NCBI GenBank assembly: GCA_964016885.1
Contig: OZ024758.1
Span: forward strand, 28,520,001 to 28,584,000
Source: Eledone cirrhosa
Lineage: Eukaryota
Direction: 5' to 3'
DNA length: 64,000 nucleotides
Position 1 is the first letter of the stretch. Each line of letters opens with the position of its first letter. Below the pieces are notes generated by a model. That model had not been told where the DNA came from. It saw nothing but the letters and a program-made list of their open reading frames with translations, and searched no databases. The position numbers were made by a program, and so were the translations under genes. Positions 42,197-53,323 of the stretch are shown here, one piece after another.

Positions 42197-42411
42197 CCAC
42201 ATTTACAGTGTGGACTGGGTACTTGTCGTGACACCTACACGACCACTTTATAGTGTGGACTGGGTGCTTTTTGTTGTGACACCTACACAACCACTTTATA
42301 GTGTGGACTGGGTGCTTTTTGTTGTGACACCTACACGACCACTTTATAGTGTGACTGGGTGCTTGTTGTCATGACACCTACACGACCACTTTGCAGTGTG
42401 GACTGGGTGCT
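42197..42411. repeat. ~48-bp minisatellite (4-5 copies) within a SINE 3' fragment
   Basis: CCACTTTATAGTGTGGACTGGGTGCTT...GTGACACCTACACGA repeated; preceded by GGATGCCCTTCCTAAC as in SINE family B. Confidence 0.8.
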
Positions 42412-42593
42412 TATATATTTACATTTAAATGTAATCAAAATATAAATGATGATATTTATTATGTAATTAAAAAATTTACATTGAAAATTTAATAATTACT
42501 TGAGTAATTAAATAAAGAACAATAAAAGTAATGATTATATTGGTTAATGTGAAATAACATATATTTTTAAATCTTCAAGTAAAAAGTAATTAC

Positions 42594-42733
42594 CCGCAAT
42601 GTTTCATATTTTGTGGTTTATCCATTCGGACAGCTATTCTAATACGTAAATCATCGGGGCAATTTTTTTTAATGGTTTGCATTTGAAACCATTCTGGTTG
42701 CCGACTACTACTTGCAGTGGGCCGAATCACGAC
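42594..42733 (-). CDS. CADPS: CAPS/CADPS exon (end of C2 region, start of PH domain)
   Basis: ttctag acceptor, gtaatt donor; 140 nt; [46 protein letters not shown](G), matching the recalled CAPS motif [12 protein letters not shown]. Confidence 0.95.
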
Positions 42734-43399
42734 CTAGAAAAAAGTTGTTTATTTGTTTTAAACAGATTATACACAAAGAAAGAAAAAAAAACATGTGAGT
42801 GTTTGCATTCATGTTTAAAAGAAAAATAAGAAATTTAAACAAAAACAAAAATAATGTAGAATTATTTTTATTAAATCATTTTTGTAAATTTAGATTTTTG
42901 CATATATATTGCATATATATTAATTAGCTTTTATAGTTGGATATATTTCAAAATTGTAATAATTAGCTGTGAAATAGTTGTGATCATATTTTCTAATGAG
43001 AAGATGGTAGAAATTTGAAGGAACCCAAATCAGTGAGTATATGAAGCCTTACATTGATGGCATAATGATCAGTATTTAATTAATTATATACTAATCAGTA
43101 TGCTACATACTTTGAGGTGTACATTAAGGTATACCTTTAGAAGCAGTATAAGAATTTGTGGTGTGTAATAGAATATGCTTGGACAAATGTAGTCATTTTG
43201 TTTATCTCTCCATGGACACAAAAAGGAGGATTGGCCTAACCTGTTTTTGATCTTAGAATCTCTTCAAGGACCACACATCCACTTTTGTCAGTCAACTAAA
43301 AGAGATATAGCTTATAGCTATTTATAACAAAAGTGCTTTCACTGGGTATGTTGTCAACTAATTATTGATTTATTAAACAGTATGCATTTGATATTGGAT

Positions 43400-43615
43400 A
43401 GATTTTACGGGCAAAACCATCCGGCAAGAGACCTAGGGGTAGACCCTGAGCAAAATGGTTGGATAACATCTGTGAGCTTGACTGGTCACTCTTGAGGATC
43501 CAGCCAGATCAATTGGAGATGGTTGCTTCAGACAAGACCCGCAAGAGAGAGTGTTTGAGGACTCTGCCCCAACAACCATTCTCACGGAATAAACGGAAGA
43601 AGAAGAAGAAGAATG
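43400..43615 (+). mobile_element. RTE/Expander-like LINE 3' end with (GAA)n tail
   Basis: KPSGKRPRGRP*AKWLDNI motif followed by GAAGAAGAAG. Confidence 0.7.
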
Positions 43616-45048
43616 AGGAGGATGAGGATGAGGATGAGGATGAGGAGGCAATGGCTATGATCCCTTGCCAGAACCTATGAAAGTGGCAAAAAGGAGGGAA
43701 AGGTAATGGCTACAACCGTTTGTCTCAACTTCCAAGACTAGTGAAAGAGAGAAAGAGAAGAAACTATCCTCAAACTCAGGATCTAGCCTGAATGCATGCA
43801 AGAGAGGGAATTCTGCTAAAGGCACCCAAGAGCCAGGTGGTGGTGTTAAAGTGAGTAGCGGGTTAAGTCTACCATCTAAGTAGACCAGATTTGAACTCAG
43901 AATGTTAAATATTGGAACTAATAACATAGACTTTCTCAATCAACATTGACAATTCTACCAATCCACTTCCTTTAACTACTACTTTATTTTATTGACGCCA
44001 AAAGGATGAAAGACAAAGATGATCGATTTAATAAAGTCATGGTATTTAGTGGCTATAATGAGCAATAAGCTATATTTTGCTGTGGACAAACAAAGACAGA
44101 TGTATCGACAGTCGATCAATAAGATCGCAGACCTTATTCACTTAACAAGTGGGGTGGAGTTTGCCAAATTGGACCGAGGAAACAATGTTTCCATTGGTCT
44201 TTCCAATTGCTAATACTCTCTGTCGATCGCAACTCCAGGCAGAAGGAACAACGTAAAATAAAGTGTCTTGCTCAAGGACATAATGCATCACCCGGTCTGT
44301 GAATCAAAATCACAACCTCACGATTGTGAATCCAATTCTCTAACCACTCAGCCCTGCACTTTCACAGACAGATGTATAAGCCCTTAAAAAAACAACTAGG
44401 ATCAAAACCAGATCAGCCCAACCCTGCTATCTCAGTGTATGGTGCGGATAAAAAAGACATTTGTTTATATTTGTTCAAGAGTACTCACAGAAATAGTTAA
44501 ACCTTTCCTGCTTATACATTTCAAAATACACATTGAAGATATATATTTCAAAATATAATCAGTCCAGCTCATTACCCTCACATTAACTACACTCCAATGC
44601 TATTGATTTACATTCTACAATCTCTCAGATATATAGAGGAGAAGAAATGACATTTCATGGGGGTTTTTTTCAAAAGTAACAAGGATCCAAATAAAGTAAA
44701 ATGACTACACTGTGCAGAAGTTAGAATTAAAACAACCCCAAAAGAGAAGCATGTAAATATAAAGACATAAATACACAGGCAAGCTGTGTGGTTAAGAATT
44801 TCTCTTTGTAACTATGTAGTTCAATGCTCAATATCACTGTGCAACACTTTGATCAAATGATTAATTATTGATGGTATTTAATGCTTTGATAAGTAAGTAA
44901 TCAATAAGCAATTATTGTCACAGGTTGATACACGTCTTGTCAGAGATATATGGTGGAAGAACAGTGGGCCACGTGTATATATATATATATATATGGGAGG
45001 AAGTTATAGTTCACTTGAAGCATTGTGTAATGAGGTATAAACGTTTGT

Positions 45049-45371
45049 ATATGTATAATAAAGCCAAAACAATGCAGGTATGGACATAGAATAAAGAATG
45101 CAAATGCAAAAGATATTGTTGACAATTAGTCTTTTACCTTAGATTTATTTAAATGTCCTTTTAAATACCATTTCCTGTCAGCATGACTTGGCAAGCTATT
45201 TAGAACACTGGTTTAACCACTTTACTTCCCTCCGAAGAAGACATATTATCTCGAAAATTAAGGACATTTAAATAAATCTAAGGTAAAAGACTAATTGTCA
45301 ACAATATCTTTTGCATTTGCATTCTTTATTCTATGTCCATACCTGCATTGTTTTGGCTTTATTATACATAT
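45049..45371. repeat. long inverted repeat, ~112-bp arms
   Basis: 45049-45160 is the reverse complement of 45260-45371. Confidence 0.95.
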
Positions 45372-45559
45372 GGTGGATTGGCAGTATCGGTAGAGGGTCG
45401 GACGCCATGCTTTGACGCAAAGAGTTACGACCCTTGCCATTCTGAGTTCAAAACCCGCCGAGGTTAACTTTGCCTTTCATCCTTACGGGGTCGATAAAAT
45501 AAAGTACCAGTAATGCACTGTGATAATTGCTGGCCTTGTGCCAAAAGTAGAAACAATTA
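45372..45559 (+). mobile_element. SINE family A, plus orientation
   Basis: GGTGGATTGGCAGTATCGGTAGAGGG...GAGTTCAAAACCCGCCGAGGTTAACTTTGCCTTTCATCCTTACGGGGTCGATAAAATAAAGTACCAG...AGAAACAATTAT. Confidence 0.9.
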
Positions 45560-45680
45560 TACATATACAAACATATATATATATATATATACATATATAA
45601 CGAAGGAGTTGTGGTAAGGAACCAGATGGACAATAACGCACCAGAGTACTCAATACTTAGGGTAGTAGAGTGGGTAATAG

Positions 45681-45788
45681 GAGAAAGTATGACCCCGACG
45701 GCAGAGCTCAAGCCATTTCGACAGCTATTTCTGTCCAGAAATAGTCGTCGAAACAGCTTGAGCTCTGCCGTCGGGGTCATACTTTCTC
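45681..45788. repeat. near-perfect 108-bp hairpin
   Basis: GAGAAAGTATGACCCCGACGGCAGAGCTCAAGC...GCTTGAGCTCTGCCGTCGGGGTCATACTTTCTC; in a segment bounded by (TA)n tracts. Confidence 0.95.
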
Positions 45789-46370
45789 ATATATATATAT
45801 ATATATATAGAATAATATATATATATATATATGTTCAAATTTGGTGATTTACCACTGGGTAGAATTGGTCATGCTGCAATGTTAACCATGATGTAATAAG
45901 AGAAAAGCACTCAATGTTATGCAACTCATCCATCTCTGATGTTGAATCATGTTGGTGGTGCAGGCACGGGCCAAGTGCTTTATAAAGTAAAATGACAGGA
46001 GGCCAAATATGTTGAATTTCCTTAATTATTTATTTCTGCAAATGCTATGCACATTTCAATGGCCAGGTTGCGTAAAAACCTGGTGACATCTTCAGGTATA
46101 AATTGTGTAATAGATATATTACCAATGGAATGATGGTAAACACATTCCAAGAGGCTTTAAGGAAAACAAGCAAAGAAAAACAGAGAAGAAAAAGAAATAT
46201 GTTTATGTTTTTGACCCAGAGACGATCAAAGCAGCATGTTGTTATAATGCCCTGCCATCTCTCTCTCTCTCGCTCTCTCTCCATATATAGGTATTAGAGG
46301 TGCAAATTAATTGTGTCCGTAGGTGGTATGCCAAAATAAACACTTAATGCTCATGGGGAGCAGAGTATCA

Positions 46371-46557
46371 ATAATTGTTTCTACTTTAGGCACAAGGCCA
46401 GCAATTACTCAGTACATTACTGGTACTTTATTTTATCGACCCCGTAAGGATGAAAGGCAAAGTTAACCTCGGCGGGATTTGAACTCAGACTGTAAAGGGA
46501 CGTAACTATGCTAGAAAGAAAGGCGTCCAACCCTCTACCGATACTGCCAATTCACCG
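46371..46557 (-). mobile_element. SINE family A
   Basis: near-identical to the copy at 18867-19056. Confidence 0.88.
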
Positions 46558-46563
46558 ATATTA

Positions 46564-46842
46564 ATATATAAGGGAACAAAGTATCAGTGTTACATTATAT
46601 ACATATTTAATTACATATTACATATGTTTCATTGTCGATCAGCTTGAGGAACGATCGATTAATGATTGATCCTGACTCTGGAATTGGAAGCTCCTCAGAT
46701 AAGGCGTGAGTCTACTTGTGAAGATATATCTGAGGAGCTTCTAATTCCAGAGTCAGGATAGATCATTAATCGATCATTCCCCAAGCTGATCGACAGTGAA
46801 ACATATGTAATATGTAAATGATGCAACATTGATTCTTTGTTC

Positions 46843-46850
<8 letters not shown>
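46564..46850. repeat. long imperfect inverted repeat, ~125-135-bp arms
   Basis: ATATAAGGGAACAAAG...GCTCCTCAGATA / TATCTGAGGAGC...CTTTGTTCCCTTATAT. Confidence 0.92.
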
Positions 46851-46880
<30 letters not shown>

Positions 46881-48027
46881 TAAAATAACAGATTAAAGTT
46901 TAAGCAAAGAATCGCTGCTTTCACCCTTAACGGGATCTTCTGAAACTAAAAAAAATCAATCATGTAACAGTTCAATTACATGTTTTTTTGTACATCATGC
47001 TGGATTGGCCCCTAGTATGTAGATTTTCATGATAAATATGGTCCCTAAATTGAAGAATACTTCCCTGGTGAATTCGTGAATTCTTCAAATATTGGTCTTT
47101 TCCAATACTTGCTTTTTCCCAAACAAAACAATGGTAAGGAGATAGATATATAAGTTAGATAAACTAAAATTGTTTTGGCCTGCCTGGCTTAGACTCCCAT
47201 AAAAAGAGTTTTTTCACTTAAATTTTATATATATATATAACCAAAGATTAATATGGTTCATTGATTGCTCAATGAATACAATATTACAATAGATTAGAAG
47301 CACTCAACAAGAGATATTCCTGGAGTTTTTAATATTATTCAAAATGTTAATAAATGAAAAATATTCTCATAATCAAAATATATATTTTATTATACATATT
47401 TCAAAGGTACAATGGTGTTTAAGTGCATTTTCATCAGACAAAATATATGATTTGATATGTGACATACCACTACGGTCTTGATTATTTAATTCCAGTATTG
47501 GCATATGATGGTCGACTTGGCAGGGCTGTTAGTGTGTTGGATATATGAGATATATTTTCTAAGTCTCTGCCAAAATACACTATGCCTTTCATATTTTGGG
47601 GGTCAATAAAGAAAGTACCAGCGTACCAGCATAATGCCAAGGCAGCCGTTTTTCTTTCCAGTAGTCACATACATCCTTTATATTCTACTGGATCAAGAGA
47701 GAGAAGATCAAGGGGGTGTCTGTGTCTGCATGCAACTGTGTGGGCACGCCATTTTATATCCACTTTCCATGCTAGAATGGGTTGGATGGGTCATCATGTT
47801 CTGAGCCCAGACAAGTAAGATGGTCATGTCTTGCTCATACATTCCATTTTGGTATGGTTTCTATGACTGGATACCTTTTCTAATACGAACCACTTTACAG
47901 AGTGTACTGGGTGCTTTTTATCGTGACACCAGCACTACTACTTTACAGAGTGGACTGAGTGCATTCTATCATGGCACCAGCACTATCACATTTTGTTGTA
48001 GCACCAGCACTAGGAAAGTTGTTTATG

Positions 48028-48347
48028 GTCTGAGTTCAAATCCCGCCCAGGTTAACTTTGCCTTTCATCCTTATGGGGTCGATAAAATAAAGTACCTTAT
48101 GTGGGGGAAGACATTGTCCCAGGGCAACAGTATTTAGAGAGTGGAAGTAGGGGTAATAATTGTTTCTACTTTTGGCACAAGGCTAGCAATTGTCCCAGTG
48201 TATTACTGGTACTTTATTTTATCAACCCTGTAAGGATGAAAGGCAAAGTTAACCTCGGCGGGATTTGAACTCAGAATGGCAAGGGCCGTAACTCTTTGCT
48301 TGCAAAGCATGGCGTCCGACCCTCTACCGATACTGCCAATCCGCCGC
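48028..48347. mobile_element. SINE family A partial (+) followed by full copy (-)
   Basis: plus-strand core 48028-48096; minus-strand copy 48155-48347. Confidence 0.85.
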
Positions 48348-48531
48348 AATAATGGTGGTAAGTATGAAGTCATGGGTGCATGACAATAGGTGAAAAGGGG
48401 GAAAGAAGGCAAATATGATATCATGTATGTATGAAAAATGTGATGGGATTTCACAGAATGGGGTGTAAGAAACAAGGAATGGGAGTGATAAAGAGTAGAG
48501 TGAGTACAGTAGTGGTGGAAATAGATTCTAA

Positions 48532-49260
48532 AGAGCTATGACAAGTGTGGTGGGATTTAATGGGATGAAAGAAGTGTGGAGGTGATTTCAAATAGAGTGA
48601 GTAGTGGTGTACAGTGATTATGAGAATAGTTGCTATAGAGCTATGACAAGTGTGGTGGGATTTAATGGGATGAAAGAAGTGTGGAGGTGATTTCAAATAG
48701 AGTGAGTGGTGGTGTACAGTGATTATGAGAGTAGTTGCTATAGAGCTATGACAAGTGTGGTGGGATTTAATGGGGTAAAGGAAGTGGAGGTGATTTCAAA
48801 TAGAGTGAGTGGTGGTGTACAGTGATTATGAGAATAGTTGCTATAGAGCTATGACAAGTGTAGTGGGATTTAATGGGATGAAAGAAGTGTGGAGGTGATT
48901 TCAAATAGAGTGAGTGGTGGTGTACAGTGATTATGAGAATAGTTGCTATAGAGCTATGACATGTGTGGTGGGATTTAATGGGGTAAAAGAAGTGGAGGTG
49001 ATTTCAAATAGAGTAGTGGTGGTGTACAGTGATTATGAGAGTAGTTGCTATAGAGCTATGACAAGTGTAGTGGGATTTAATGGGGTAAAGGAAGTGGAGG
49101 TGATTTCAAATATAGTAGTGGTGGTGTACAGTGATTATGAGAGTACTTGCTATAGAGCTATGACATGTGTGGTGGAATTTAATGGGGTAAAGGATGTGGA
49201 GGTGATTTCAAATAGAGTGAGTGGTGGTGTACAGTGATTATGAGAGTAGTTGCTATAGAG
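48532..49260. repeat. 102-105-bp tandem array, ~7 copies
   Basis: AGAGCTATGAC recurs at 48532, 48637, 48742, 48845, 48950, 49052, 49154. Confidence 0.93.
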
Positions 49261-49490
49261 GGATGGGATGGGATGAAGGCAATGAAATTGTTAGGACACA
49301 CCATGTGACAACTGCACAAGATGTGATAGGTGGGGAAAGAGTGAATACTATGGCTAAAAATGGAGGGTGTTGGTCTTGCCATGTTAGTGTATATCATTGT
49401 CATCTTGGGAGAACAGGATGTAGAGGCAGATAGGAAGGAGAAAAAGGTTCAAAGGTAGTGATACTAGATAGCAAGTTCACAGCCATTCAT

Positions 49491-49830
49491 TTCATCATCA
49501 TCATTTCATTTTACATCCGCTTTTTCCCTGCTTGCAAGGGTGGGACAGGAACTGATTCTGGCTTGATTTCTACAGCTGGATGCCCTTCCTAACACCAACC
49601 TCATTTACAGTGAGTGCTGGGTGTTTTTTGCCGTGGCACCTCCACGACCACTTTACAGTGGAATGATAGGGACCCCAGTCCCTATCATCTCATTTCTACA
49701 GCTGAGTAAACTGGAGCAATGTGAAATAAAGTGTCTTGCTCAAGGAAACAACACATCACCCGGTCTGAGAATTGAACTCACAACCTTTCGATTGCAAGGC
49801 CAATGCTCTAACCACTACGCCATGTGCCTC
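49491..49830 (-). mobile_element. SINE family B, near-identical inverted copy of 16744-17088
   Basis: spurious ORFs 16756..16962(-) and 49621..49836(+) are almost identical. Confidence 0.87.
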
Positions 49831-49993
49831 CATTGAATATATATATCTTGGTTGTCCATCGTAAACGATGATGACATCTTTATTTTAGTTCCCGTCTGCC
49901 GTGGGCACGAAGGTGGCTGTGGAGGCCGAACCTTGACTTGCAGGTCCGGGGATATATATATATATATATATACATATATATACATATATATAA

Positions 49994-50306
49994 ATAAATT
50001 AATAAAAATAATGAATAAAAACAAAGAAACAGTTCCTTATATTAAAAAATTCATCATTTTACGATCGTTTAAAGGATATATGTGTGTGTGTTGGTATGTA
50101 TATCATATAGATCTATGTAAAAGTTTTACAAACTATCAGAGGGAATATACATACCTACACATATATATGCTGTCTTCAGAAATAATGATCTATATGATAT
50201 ACATACCAACACACATATATATATCCTAGAAACGATCGTAAAATGATGAATTTTTTAATATAAGGAACTGTTTCTTTGTTTTTATTCATTATTTTTATTA
50301 ATTTAT
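49994..50306. repeat. long inverted repeat, ~120-bp arms
   Basis: 49994-50113 vs 50187-50306; adjacent to (TA)n. Confidence 0.92.
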
Positions 50307-51169
50307 CTTTACTCTGTTTTTCATCGAAAAAATTTTGAATACATCTCTTTTCATGATATTTGGATTACATTGAGTTATTCATACGGATTGGACACTACCG
50401 TATATTTTGGTAGATTTATCTATATATATATATATATATAAACACACACACACACTACTTTCCTTAAAGTATGGAGTACTATGCTGAATAATAGCCTAAC
50501 AATTAGTATCATCTTGTTTATGATGTGTGTGTGTCAGTGTTTGTTAAGTGTATGAGTGTGTGAGTTTGTGTGTGTGTGTGTGTGTTTGTGTGTGTGTGTT
50601 TGTGTGTGAGTGTGTGTGTGTGAGTGTGAGTGTGTGTGAGTGTGAGTGTGTGTGAGTGTGAGTGTGTGAGTGTGAGTGTCAGTGTGTGTGATTGTGCGTG
50701 TGTGAGAGAGTTAGTGTTTGGGTAAAAATATACAAATATATACAACCCTTGCTATCAGGGGAAAAAAACATTAAATGATTATGATAATGCTATATATATT
50801 GCATGCATGGAAAGTAAATGTTTAATGATGATAATGATGATGATGAAGACGATGAGAGAATGAGAGAAGGAAAAGTAGAGGAGGAGAGTGTGTGTGAGAG
50901 AGAGAGAGAAGCACCATTGAACATTTCATCTTAATGTAGCATCAAGGGCAAATCAACCTGGCAATGGTCAAGATATTGATTCTAAGCCTGAAACTGCAGA
51001 TATATAAAGTAAAATAAACTGAATCAACCAGAAATTAAGCTTGCTTGGCAGATCTAACTATAGAAGAACACACTACTACCATTTTCAAGTATGTACACCC
51101 CACTCCATACTGATGTAATATTTTATGGTACATAATGTTTCATATATTGTACTATAATATAATATAATT

Positions 51170-51833
51170 ATAATTGTTTCTACTTTTGGAACACAAGGCC
51201 TGCATTTTGGGGGGAGGGGCAGAGGGGGTCGATTAAATCAACCCCAGTGCATTACTGGTACTTTATGTTATCGACCCCCGTAAGGATAAAAGGAGGGGGG
51301 GGGGGGGGGGGGGTTTGAACTCAGGATGTAAAGGGCCGTAACTCTGTGCCGCAAAGCATATTATCTGACACTCTACTGATATTGCTATATTATATTACAA
51401 CATATAACATATATTACAACATTCTGAGTTCAAATCCTGCGAAGGTTAACTTTGCCTTTCATCCTTACGGGGTCGATGAAATAAAATACCAGTAATACGC
51501 AAGGATAATTGGTGGCCTTGTGCCAAAAGTAGAAACAATTATATTACAACATATAACTAATAATTGTTTCTACTTTTGGCACAAGGTCAGTAATTATCCC
51601 AGTGCATTACTGGTACTTTATTTTATCAACCCCGTAATGATGAAAGGCAAAGTTAACCTCAGCAGGATTTGAACTCAAATCAGAAAGGGCCGTAACACTG
51701 TGCTGCAAAGCATAGTGTCCGACCCTCTACCAATACTGCCAATCCACCACCCTATAACCACATATAACTAATAATAATTGTTTCTACTTTTGGCACAAGG
51801 CCATCAATTACTCAGTACATTACTGGTACTTTA
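51170..51833. mobile_element. cluster of four SINE family A copies (-, +, -, - partial)
   Basis: family core at ~51170, 51421, 51560, 51772. Confidence 0.85.
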
Positions 51834-51944
51834 CATTTATATAATCTCTCCAATAAAACAGAAGTGGGACACAAGTTAAGTATTTTTTTCAAAATAGATG
51901 AAGATTTAAGAGAATAAATTTTTAAGTGGAAGCAAAATTTAGAA

Positions 51945-52286
51945 CAGAGGTTCTCAAACTTTTGGGGCCACTGCCCCCCCCCCCCCCCCCCTCACAGCCA
52001 TGTAATACCCTCAGCGTCCCCCAATCCTACATGCAAATAGTAAATAATATATAATAAATAAAATCGTTAATTTATATATAATAAATAATATAATATATAC
52101 TATGTATAAATAAATATTATTTATTTTACTATCATCTTCATATAACATCCATCTTCCATGCTAGCATGGGTTAGACGGCTAATATCATTTGATATTTAAT
52201 AAACTATTATATCATCTCTACCACCCCATCCCTTAGACCTTCTCAACGCCCCTAGGGGGCGGTAGCACCCATGTTGAGAATGTTTG
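51945..52286. mobile_element. hAT-type MITE
   Basis: CAGAGGTTCTCAA...TTGAGAATGTTTG termini; 8-bp TSD RTTTAGAA; related copy starts at ~24812. Confidence 0.72.
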
Positions 52287-52799
52287 GTTTAGAATCAAAA
52301 TATCTGAGAGAAAACTTAACAAAAAACAAGTTTTAACCCTAGTGTGACCATATTTCTAATGAAAAGCACTGTATTTCAATTAATTAGGAATTTTTAGGGA
52401 TTTATTAAAATTATTAATTATTTCATTACTAAAATAGGAACATAACATATAGCTCTTATATAAAATTATGCAGGAAAATTTCAATTTAAATAGGAAACAT
52501 AAACAATGGGTGGTTTTGTTTCATTGATCCAGAGCTGGTTTAGGGCAGGTGTGGTATTAAAAGGATCAATTAGCAGAAAAGAAGAGAGAAATCTACTGCA
52601 CTTTGAACAGTGGCTATCCTCATTATGCAGAAAATGAGTAGATAGAAAGGTACTTCATGTTTACTTAATGTAAATTATGTGCACACAAGAAATGCAGTGG
52701 GGTTATAACTGACAAAAAAAGGACTTCATATGTAACCAATGTGCAAGAGTAGTTAGCAATAGGAGTACTCTTGAAATAAATTCTTTGAAATACTTGCAG

Positions 52800-53260
52800 G
52801 GTTCCCTAGAAGTAGTTAATAGCTTCTGTTACTTAGTAGACCTAATCAGCAGTGAAGGAGCTTGTTTTAGAGCATAATAGTTAGAGTTTATACCTGCTAA
52901 CACTCTCCAATTGAAGTTATATAGATACTTGTGCATGAAGTGTGATACTACATGGCATTGGATGCAAAGGCTGGAAAGAAATGAAGCAAGCATAATCTGC
53001 TGGATGTGTAATATTAATCAATATACATGAATGACAGAGCCCAAATGTGCTGAGAGAAAAACTGGGTATAAGAGAAATAAGATGTAATGTTCAAGGGATA
53101 AAACTGAGATGGTACAAGCATATGATAGATGTTGAGAATGACAGTTGGGTAAAGAAACCCCAAGCAATGCAAGTGGAAGAGGGTAATGAAGACAAGGGTA
53201 GTAGTGGTGAAGGGTGGTTTCTAGAGAATGAGGCTTGTAAAAATGACAAAGACCTCAACA
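52800..53260 (+). mobile_element. degenerate RTE LINE fragment abutting the 67-bp satellite
   Basis: ORF 53047: LREKLGIREIRCNVQGIKLRWYKHM...WVKK. Confidence 0.75.
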
Positions 53261-53323
53261 AGCAGCATGTAAACATTTTGAATGGTCACTTCCTATTGCC
53301 TTTTCAAGGCACTTTTAGCTCAG

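Noticed and set aside
44489-44507. possible extra CAPS microexon (aagcag...gtgagt on minus strand)
   Set aside because: 19 nt, not frame-preserving, weak pyrimidine tract, no similarity to CAPS.
45448-45847. overlapping opposite-strand ORFs with near-identical peptides
   Set aside because: A consequence of the DNA palindrome at 45681-45788, not coding.
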